Positions 56,919 through 64,000 of a stretch of DNA of 64,000 bases are shown here, piece after piece; within the stretch, counting starts at the first letter, position 1, and each line of letters opens with the position of its first letter. The position numbers and the translations under genes were made by a program. Origin of the DNA: a virus; the IMG/VR virus record IMGVR_UViG_3300020579_000006, positions 1-64,000 of that record; one strand, 5' to 3'. The notes under the pieces were generated by a model. That model saw only the letters and a program-made list of their open reading frames with translations. It did not search any database and was not told the DNA's origin.

Positions 56919-57596
56919 ATGCATGAAGTATTACCCGTTCCAACAGAAGTGTTGGACCAACGCAACACCCGTCTTCATTGGAAGGAATGTTGCAGTTGTT
57001 TTAATGTAAAACCATTCGGCCAGTTTAGAACTGATTCCAGCTTCCGTGAGGGAGTAAGGGACCAGTGCTACGAATGCGAGTCTACCCCTCGATTATCCAC
57101 AATTGAACACACTCACAGGCTTCGGGAGAACACGTACTCTTCTGAAGCCGTGCGTGCTCAAAGATGGGGTAAGGACCAACTCGACTGTATAGACGAAGAA
57201 GCCCGTCAAGGTAGATATAGGTATTCGTCTGAAATATACGGGTTTTTGAAAGATGAAATTCCTAGTCTATACTTTACAGATGGCAATTTTATCGGCGATG
57301 TGTCCATTTACCGGACATATGGCTGCCCGCAACCGCAACTAGAAGGTAGAACATTCCAGTACCTTTTTTACATGCCTTTAGGCTGGATGCGTGAATACTC
57401 TATTTACGAGTTTGACCATAGGGATGTACCGGTCAGGGAAAAAGAGCGAGGTTGGAGAACCGTTTTATTGCGGTTTATAAAAACCCGATTACTGAGTGAA
57501 TCACGAGTTAATAATACTTTTGGAGAACCTTACGGACCCGGTTCTATACACTACCAGAGACAACTTTGGCGGTGGAGAAACAATAAGTCCGATTAA
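56919..57596 (+). CDS. hypothetical protein with N-terminal Zn finger
   Basis: C..C...KP...F...C..C. Confidence 0.6.
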   Translation: MHEVLPVPTEVLDQRNTRLHWKECCSCFNVKPFGQFRTDSSFREGVRDQCYECESTPRLSTIEHTHRLRENTYSSEAVRAQRWGKDQLDCIDEEARQGRYRYSSEIYGFLKDEIPSLYFTDGNFIGDVSIYRTYGCPQPQLEGRTFQYLFYMPLGWMREYSIYEFDHRDVPVREKERGWRTVLLRFIKTRLLSESRVNNTFGEPYGPGSIHYQRQLWRWRNNKSD

Positions 57597-57633
57597 ATCC
57601 CGCGCCATTCGGATTAATGGCAGGAGAATGAAC

Positions 57634-58164
57634 ATGTTTGAAAATGAAGAATCAGAAGTAAAGGGAGTACTAGGCGGAAAACCCGCGCCTAAGAACTCCA
57701 AAGTAGAAATGTCTTTAGGCGAACTCGAAGGTCTGATTAGTAAGATTACCGAACAGTCGGATAAGAAACTGGAAGTTTTCGCCAAGATGCTTTCAGAAGC
57801 TTTACTTGAGTCGCGGAAACCTTACGTTTCTGAAGCTCAGAAGCAAAACGAATCGAGCATGCGCGAGTCCATGAAGACTCAGCGTGAACGGATTATGGCG
57901 GATATTCGCGCCAGCCAGGACGTTTGCCCGCATCTTCAAGGTTCTAATGCTCTTAGTGAGATGTCTGGTCAGTTAACTTCGATTATTCATCACAGGTTGG
58001 ATACCGGTCAAGTTATAGGTATTTGTACTAACTGCCAGCGTTTGTTTAGACCCGGCGACCCGGATTATCTACAGCAGATGAAGCGTAAGAGTGGAAACAA
58101 GATTTCCTCTGCTGGAGTCCGGTTTTTCCTTGACCCCCGAGCAGTAGCCGCAGCGGGTATCTAA
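57634..58164 (+). CDS. conserved head-region protein (CPH.QG...CTNC)
   Basis: AGGAG RBS; ATG at 57628 or 57634. Confidence 0.6.
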   Translation: MFENEESEVKGVLGGKPAPKNSKVEMSLGELEGLISKITEQSDKKLEVFAKMLSEALLESRKPYVSEAQKQNESSMRESMKTQRERIMADIRASQDVCPHLQGSNALSEMSGQLTSIIHHRLDTGQVIGICTNCQRLFRPGDPDYLQQMKRKSGNKISSAGVRFFLDPRAVAAAGI

Positions 58165-58181
58165 AGTCCGGAAACTGAACA

Positions 58182-58913
58182 ATGTTTAAAATATATCTGG
58201 TTCATAATCTGGTTAACGGTAAAGTTTATATAGGTAAGACTTCTCTAACTATTGCCGAACGTTGGGCAGAACATTTAAAAAGAGTGAAGAATGGTTCGAG
58301 TTTTTACTTCCACAACGCTATCCGAAAACATGGGCCAGATATGTTTAAACTTAGAGAAATCGACCTGTTAGAAACCGAAGATTCAGCTAACAAGCGCGAA
58401 ATTTACTGGATAACGGAGATTTTTAAATCCCATTGTCCGGAAAATGGATACAATCTTACTCTCGGTGGAGATGGAGTTAGCCCCAACGAAAACACCAAAA
58501 ACAAAATTCGTAACTCCAAAAAAGGTCATAAATCTTATAACTACATTCACAACATGACCGAAGAAACTCTTAGAGAGTTATTTGATAAACAAAACTTAAA
58601 TATCACTCAGATATCCGAAATATTTGGTTGCGCGATTTCCACTGTTTGGTCTAGATTAAAACTTTTGGGTTTAGATACACATAAAAACACTTATACTAGA
58701 AAAAGAACGTTTCCCGGAAGAGTGCTGTCTGAAGAACATAAAACAAAATTGAGTGCGGCTTTTAAAGGCGAAAAACACCCTTTTTTTGGTAAACATCATT
58801 CTGAAGAAGCTAAACAAAAAATGCGAGTCGCTAAACTAGGAAAACATCTATCGGAAGAACATAAAAAACATATAGGTGAATCTCTATTACAGAGAGCAAA
58901 TGCCGTCAACTAA
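58182..58913 (+). CDS. GIY-YIG/NUMOD3 homing endonuclease with HTH insert
   Basis: MFKIYLVHNLVNGKVYIGKT...GYNLTLGGDG; NUMOD3 repeats. Confidence 0.9.
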   Translation: MFKIYLVHNLVNGKVYIGKTSLTIAERWAEHLKRVKNGSSFYFHNAIRKHGPDMFKLREIDLLETEDSANKREIYWITEIFKSHCPENGYNLTLGGDGVSPNENTKNKIRNSKKGHKSYNYIHNMTEETLRELFDKQNLNITQISEIFGCAISTVWSRLKLLGLDTHKNTYTRKRTFPGRVLSEEHKTKLSAAFKGEKHPFFGKHHSEEAKQKMRVAKLGKHLSEEHKKHIGESLLQRANAVN

Positions 58914-59625
58914 TACTTTACTAAGAGCTGTGAATTTAAGTTCGGCATTTTGCAACTTGAGACCGCTAACCGGAATAGGCGGGTTCATTGACGAACCGGC
59001 GTTCTCTATAGGAGATTGGTGTCGCCAATTTATTTTAGGCCCGCCGTTCTCTTGGAGATGGAATCGTACTTTTGTTCAGTTTGCTCTATCTCCTGGGGTA
59101 CAAGACTATCCGCAGAATCTCCCACTATTTGGCTGGATGGAAAAAACCACTATTTTTGATAGCACAGTGAATCCGAGTGTTACTAAAGAATTAAACGTAA
59201 AGCTGAATTTAGGAGAAAGTTCCGTCATTGAATCTCCGGTAGAAGTTTCTCCTCGACTAGATGATGATAATGGAAATATAACGTTCCGTTTCATGCCGGT
59301 ACCCGATAAAGCGTACACAGCGGTAGTTACCTATCAGATGGCCGCTCCTATATTTAAAAGTATTAACGATACTTGGGCACCTATTCCGGACTATCTTTCG
59401 TATCTTACTAACCAAGGATTCCTAGCTAAATCTTACGAGTTCATTAATGATGAACGTTGGGGTCCAGCTATGCAGTTATTTGTCCGTCAAGTCATAGCGG
59501 CTAATCAAGGTCTTTCAGATTCTGAGGTTAATATCTTTCTAGGCGAGAGACTCGATAGCGCTCGCCAACAGCAAAACGTACTTGGTAATAATCAATCTGC
59601 CCGACAGGGTAGAGGAGCCTTCTAA
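58900..59625 (+). CDS. head-tail adaptor-like protein
   Basis: 'W.WNR', 'F.PVPD.AY...V.Y...PIPD'; position after head genes. Confidence 0.65.
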   Translation: MPSTNTLLRAVNLSSAFCNLRPLTGIGGFIDEPAFSIGDWCRQFILGPPFSWRWNRTFVQFALSPGVQDYPQNLPLFGWMEKTTIFDSTVNPSVTKELNVKLNLGESSVIESPVEVSPRLDDDNGNITFRFMPVPDKAYTAVVTYQMAAPIFKSINDTWAPIPDYLSYLTNQGFLAKSYEFINDERWGPAMQLFVRQVIAANQGLSDSEVNIFLGERLDSARQQQNVLGNNQSARQGRGAF

Positions 59626-60905
59626 TCGCTACTACTATAAATCTTCAGCAAATAATTACAAGTGCTCGCGCTTATCCTGAATTAACAGTAGTATTGGGTA
59701 CAAGCGGTTGGGAACGGGAACCCGCATTAACTATCGCTAATGATGTAATGCAGCGGTTTCTAAGCAATCAACTCGACTGGAAATTTAACCGGTCGAACGT
59801 ACCGCCTTTTCTGACCGTAGCTCTCCAACAAGATTACGTAATGAATGTAGTAGACCTTTCGTGGTTAGAACAAATGTGGCGGGTTGATATTAATAATAAT
59901 CAAAACCCACAAGGTCCTAAACCGATTTTTGCTATGGAAGCGGTCAGAGATTTACAGCAGACGGCTTATCAGGCTACTCCTTTTAATTGTTCGTGGGTAC
60001 CTAATTACTTGGCCGTCATGGGTGTATGGCAAGCTAATACACTTTATCAATCCGGATATGGACAGGCGCAAACCCCTGCTTCGCCACTTCAGCAGTTTAG
60101 AGATGTTAACGGAAACATACTTTTTATAGACAGCGGTTCACTCGGCTTAAATATTAGCAGTCCCGGCGTATCCGGTAGCGGAGGTTCTGTACCTCTACCC
60201 CCTGGAAACCCGTATGGTATTAGTGGGTCTATCCAACCATCTCTCCCGCCTAATTCGTGGGCAGCTATAAGTTCCGTGTCTATTTCCGGTAACATAGCTA
60301 CATACATCGCTAATAACAATTTCATAGCCGGACAAAGCGTTACAGTTAATGGTATTCGTGGAAACGGTTCGGTTTTTAATGTTATTAACCAACCTATTAC
60401 TAGTGCTACTCCTACTCAATTTCAAGTAGCTATCAATAATGGCAACATGACATTACCCTCTGTTTCTGAAACCGCTAGTGCAGGTCTAAACGTAATCGAC
60501 GGCACTGTTCGTTGGACTGTTGCTAACCCTAATGGAGTAGCAATGCGAGTAGCACCTTTACCAGCGTTTTCCGGCATTACTTGGCTGTTATTTCCAGTTT
60601 ATCAGCGCAAACCGCCCATACTTACTTCTCTACAACAACTGATATCCCCTATTCCGGATGAATATGGATATCTTTTTCGTCAGGGGTTTATCGCACTTTG
60701 TAAAGAGAACGCAGGGTCTAAAGACTCGCGAGATGCTTATTTAAAATGGGAAGAAATGATTATGAACGCTCTGCGGTCAGGAGACCGGGAACGCGAGCAA
60801 GCGAGTTTCTATCCGACCGAAGGTTTAGTTAGTGGTAGTAGTGGTGGTTATTACCAAGGCATACCCATCGGGCCGGGTTTCCCATATAGTCCTTATCCTT
60901 TCTAA
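59625..60905 (+). CDS. head-tail adaptor-like paralogue (probable ATC start)
   Basis: Gapless N-terminal alignment to the 58900 gene; AGGAG 7 nt upstream of ATC. Confidence 0.65.
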   Translation: MATTINLQQIITSARAYPELTVVLGTSGWEREPALTIANDVMQRFLSNQLDWKFNRSNVPPFLTVALQQDYVMNVVDLSWLEQMWRVDINNNQNPQGPKPIFAMEAVRDLQQTAYQATPFNCSWVPNYLAVMGVWQANTLYQSGYGQAQTPASPLQQFRDVNGNILFIDSGSLGLNISSPGVSGSGGSVPLPPGNPYGISGSIQPSLPPNSWAAISSVSISGNIATYIANNNFIAGQSVTVNGIRGNGSVFNVINQPITSATPTQFQVAINNGNMTLPSVSETASAGLNVIDGTVRWTVANPNGVAMRVAPLPAFSGITWLLFPVYQRKPPILTSLQQLISPIPDEYGYLFRQGFIALCKENAGSKDSRDAYLKWEEMIMNALRSGDREREQASFYPTEGLVSGSSGGYYQGIPIGPGFPYSPYPF

Positions 60906-60936
60906 CCCTTTTATTTTCAGTAACTTACAGACAAAA

Positions 60937-61590
60937 ATGAACCGTATAGAAAAAGAAAAACAAATAATCTCAAATCTGAAGTTTTGTATTAGTTGTGAAA
61001 TTTCTAAACCCATCAATATGTTTAGTATTAATAATACTACTTGGGATAGCGTTCTCTATCAATGTAAACAATGCCGAAGAGAATATGAACGGTCAAAATG
61101 GGTGATGAGCGATAAAACTAAAAAGTTTAGACTAAACCAAGAAATGCAAGTTATGCTGGGAATGAAAACTTGTACTTGTTGCGGACAACCAAAACCTTTG
61201 AATATGTTTCATAATAACAGGGATAAATGGGATGGATTAGTAGATGCTTGTAAACCCTGTAACAGATTAAAAGTTAACAAGTGGCGCAAGGATTTTCCTG
61301 AAAAAGCTAAAAACGCAGATATCAAAAAGAACTACGGTATTACACTATCTGACAAACTTAACATGCTCGAATCTCAAGGTCGAGTTTGTGCCGCCTGTGG
61401 CACCGACCAACCCGGTGGTAAATACAACGAGTGGCATATAGACCATAATCACGCTACAGGAAAAGTAAGAGAACTTCTTTGCGCCGACTGCAATATGGCT
61501 CTCGGGGTTGTAAGAGAAAGCATCCCTCGTTTAGAAGGACTTGTCCGGTATATGAACAAACACACTCAAGCGGCGGTGGTTTATTCCTAA
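60937..61590 (+). CDS. endonuclease VII-type HNH homing endonuclease
   Basis: 'YGIT.......Q...CAAC...HIDHNHATGKVRELLC..CN.ALG'; two N-terminal Zn fingers. Confidence 0.9.
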   Translation: MNRIEKEKQIISNLKFCISCEISKPINMFSINNTTWDSVLYQCKQCRREYERSKWVMSDKTKKFRLNQEMQVMLGMKTCTCCGQPKPLNMFHNNRDKWDGLVDACKPCNRLKVNKWRKDFPEKAKNADIKKNYGITLSDKLNMLESQGRVCAACGTDQPGGKYNEWHIDHNHATGKVRELLCADCNMALGVVRESIPRLEGLVRYMNKHTQAAVVYS

Positions 61591-62665
61591 GACCATAAGC
61601 GGAAATTTTCAGTTCCCAGACGGCACTCCAGCCGCCAATGCTATCTTGTATCTAAAATTATCTCAAGATGCTATAGCTACGGGTATTAGTCAAATAGCCC
61701 CTCGGGTTTTAGCGATTGGTCTAAATTCTCTTGGACAAATTCCTGCTGGTACTACTATCTATGCTAATGACGAATTGACGCCTAGTGGTACGGTTTACAT
61801 AGCGTCAGTCATAGCTCCGGGTGGAGGTTTAGTCTATGGACCCGAACTTCTTGCTCTTATTGGCACATCTCCCATTAATTTGAACAGTTTAATCCCAACC
61901 AATGTTGGAGGAATAGTGATTAGTTTTCCAAGTCCGGTTTTACAGAATCCATCGGCTCCGCAGACAATTACTGGTCAGTCTCTGACCTTAACTAACACTG
62001 CACCACTTTTTGTAAACAGTGCTCTTACTTTCGCCAATCTTATTTCTAATTCTCCGAGTCCTGCTCAGTCTGGAAATATTCGCCTAGCTAGTGCAGACGC
62101 TATTAGCTGGAGAAATATTGGCGGTACCGGAGACTTAAGTCTCAGTAAAAATAATTTAGACCAGTTAGTATGGCCTACTGGATTTATAATCGCTAACACC
62201 ATTATTAATAGCGGCGGCATAATAAGCAATTACGCAGGTGTAAATACTGTAGCAAACGGGGTACCGAGCGAGGTAGCTGCCGTAAATCTGACTGCTCAAA
62301 CTGCCGCTATTGCTACTACTACTTTATTTTTTTTAACCCCTTTATTTGTAGCTTCTGGTCAATACCGACTATCCTGGAACGCCAAGGTAACAACCGCCGC
62401 AGGCACTAGTTCTACTCTCGGCGCGTTAACTATAGTATACACAGACCCCGATGGAGTAGTACAAACCATTACGGCGGCTGCCCTGTCTCACGCAGGAGCA
62501 GTAGAAACAACGGATACCGGTAACTCGACTACTACAGTTTTACTCGGCATTCCTATACTAATGAACTGTAAGGTTAGTACTTCAATAACATATGCTTTCG
62601 CGTACGCTAGTAACGCCGCCGCAGCGATGAACTATAATCTAAATCTTCTCTTAGAGAGAATCTAA
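61583..62665 (+). CDS. virion structural/tail protein (start ATT 61583 or TTG 61646)
   Basis: Frame open from 61556; 'I.G.FQFPDGTP.AN..L...LS' structural N-terminus. Confidence 0.6.
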   Translation: MPKTISGNFQFPDGTPAANAILYLKLSQDAIATGISQIAPRVLAIGLNSLGQIPAGTTIYANDELTPSGTVYIASVIAPGGGLVYGPELLALIGTSPINLNSLIPTNVGGIVISFPSPVLQNPSAPQTITGQSLTLTNTAPLFVNSALTFANLISNSPSPAQSGNIRLASADAISWRNIGGTGDLSLSKNNLDQLVWPTGFIIANTIINSGGIISNYAGVNTVANGVPSEVAAVNLTAQTAAIATTTLFFLTPLFVASGQYRLSWNAKVTTAAGTSSTLGALTIVYTDPDGVVQTITAAALSHAGAVETTDTGNSTTTVLLGIPILMNCKVSTSITYAFAYASNAAAAMNYNLNLLLERI

Positions 62666-64000
62666 TCTCGGACCCTGCCATTTTACAATTAGAAGGGTCA
62701 CAGCCTAAAACGGCTGTGCGTTTCGTACCGCTATCTTTACAGAAGTTTTTTACTGGTTTATGGACCCAACGCTCTCCTTTTAATTCGCCAGACAATCGCT
62801 ATAATACCCGGTTTCTTGGCGGTCGGCCAGAACTTTTGACCGACGGATTGAACGTAGAGATTACTAACTACGGTACTATAATCCGCCGTCCGGGAACTGT
62901 ACAATATTCTACTGCGGTTTTATCGTCTAAAGGTCTTGCTTTTTATTCATTTCACGACTTAACCGGCGCTATCCGAGTTATGGCAGATACAGTTTTAGAT
63001 GTCTCAGTTTTAACTTCTACTAGTGACACGGTTATTTTTACTAAGACGGCTGGTTCAGGTCAAACAGATTTTATAGGAGTTGGCAACACACTTTTTTTTG
63101 GTGATGGTATAGACCTTCAGGCATACCAGCCAAACAATAACCCGGCGGCAACCCGTAACTGGGGAATAGCTATTGGTTCCATGAATGATGCGGTTGGGCC
63201 AACTATTGCTGGTACTGGTACTAACGTCACAAGAACCGGGTTTGCTACTAACTGGACTAATCCAAACAATGTTACTGCTACAGATACTGTAAATTTTGCA
63301 GTAGGAACTGCAAACACTAATTACTTATTTGCTAGTAATTTCGGGTTTTCTATACCTTTTACAAGTGTTATTAATGGTATACAAGTTAGTTTTTCAGGGT
63401 TTAGAGGCTCAACAAACGCAGGTCTTCCTATAGATGTACAGTTAGTAAAAAATGGTAGCCCTGTAGGAACAATAAAAAACACAAGACTTAACCCTACCCA
63501 AAGTACTTACACTTTAGGAGGTACTTCTGATTTATGGGGCACTACTTGGTCTCCTAATGACATCAGTCAGAGTACTTGGGGGGTTTATTTTTTCATTCCC
63601 GGTTCTGCTCTTTTAAGCGCTAACATAAATAATGTTCAGGTAACTATATTCGGCACCGGCGGGCCTACCGTAGTTCTGCAAACAGGAAACGGTACTCTTG
63701 ATACCTTTAACGGCGGTTGGGAATATGTAATAGCCTACGGGAATTCAGTTTCCGGACATATCTCGAATCCAACTTCAGCTTCTGCATCAACAGGTAATTT
63801 TGGTGGTCAGGGCTTTGTAAATACTTCGGGTACAGCGGTTACACTGGTTTCAGGTGCGAATTTTATACAGGGTTCTACTTGGAACGGTCGTACTATAGTT
63901 ATTAACGGTACTAATTTTACCGTTTCTGCTGTTACTGGTCCAACTACTCTAACATTAACCACATCTGCCGGTACTTTGACGGACGTAACTTATTTAGTTG
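62665..64000 (+). CDS. tail tubular/stabilisation-like protein, truncated by window end (probable ATC start)
   Basis: Long frame 'FFTGLWTQRSPF...DGLNVEI...GT..RRPG'. Confidence 0.6.
   Translation, partial: MSDPAILQLEGSQPKTAVRFVPLSLQKFFTGLWTQRSPFNSPDNRYNTRFLGGRPELLTDGLNVEITNYGTIIRRPGTVQYSTAVLSSKGLAFYSFHDLTGAIRVMADTVLDVSVLTSTSDTVIFTKTAGSGQTDFIGVGNTLFFGDGIDLQAYQPNNNPAATRNWGIAIGSMNDAVGPTIAGTGTNVTRTGFATNWTNPNNVTATDTVNFAVGTANTNYLFASNFGFSIPFTSVINGIQVSFSGFRGSTNAGLPIDVQLVKNGSPVGTIKNTRLNPTQSTYTLGGTSDLWGTTWSPNDISQSTWGVYFFIPGSALLSANINNVQVTIFGTGGPTVVLQTGNGTLDTFNGGWEYVIAYGNSVSGHISNPTSASASTGNFGGQGFVNTSGTAVTLVSGANFIQGSTWNGRTIVINGTNFTVSAVTGPTTLTLTTSAGTLTDVTYLV

Larger units (their letters stand above)
952..63757. 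repeat. dispersed 15-bp operator-like motif GTCCGGAAA(C/A)(T/C)G(A/G)AC, about 35 copies
   Basis: Examples: 952, 2390, 9154, 13386, 13755, 16744, 17766, 19005, 22175, 22896, 23952, 24106, 24642, 29060, 30979, 43442, 44353, 48076, 50407, 55424, 58166. Confidence 0.85.

Noticed and set aside
952-63757. 15-bp repeats as a CRISPR array
   Set aside because: The copies are dispersed, irregularly spaced and often inside genes; no cas genes are present.

Overview
This is a 64-kb segment of a tailed dsDNA bacteriophage, probably temperate and podovirus-like, with two divergent arms around a non-coding switch region at about 27.5-28.6 kb. The left arm (minus strand) holds early/middle genes: MazG-like, ERF recombinase, deaminase, two RNA ligases (Rnl2/DRB0094-type and RtcB), RlpA-like, SprT-like, tyrosine integrase, family A DNA polymerase (Leu762 type), ECF sigma factor, phosphatases, a PEP-utiliser-like enzyme and tRNAs. 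The right arm (plus strand) holds late genes: adhesins/tail fibres, terminase, portal, scaffold, N4-gp56-like major capsid protein, head-tail proteins, five free-standing homing endonucleases and tRNAs. The main finding is that the capsid gene is split twice. One interruption is a normal 663-nt group I intron with a LAGLIDADG ORF. The other is a 42-nt 'core-less' mini-intron made of little more than a group I internal guide sequence (P1 with U.G, contiguous P10) and a terminal G, suggesting it borrows the neighbouring ribozyme core. Other findings: about 35 copies of a 15-bp stoperator-like motif, mostly oriented with transcription; three pairs of covarying RNA elements over late ribosome-binding sites; apparent ATC/ATT/ATA start codons; atypical tRNAs; and LexA-like direct repeats hinting at an Acidobacteriota host. 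All calls come from reading the sequence by eye; no searches or folding programs were run.
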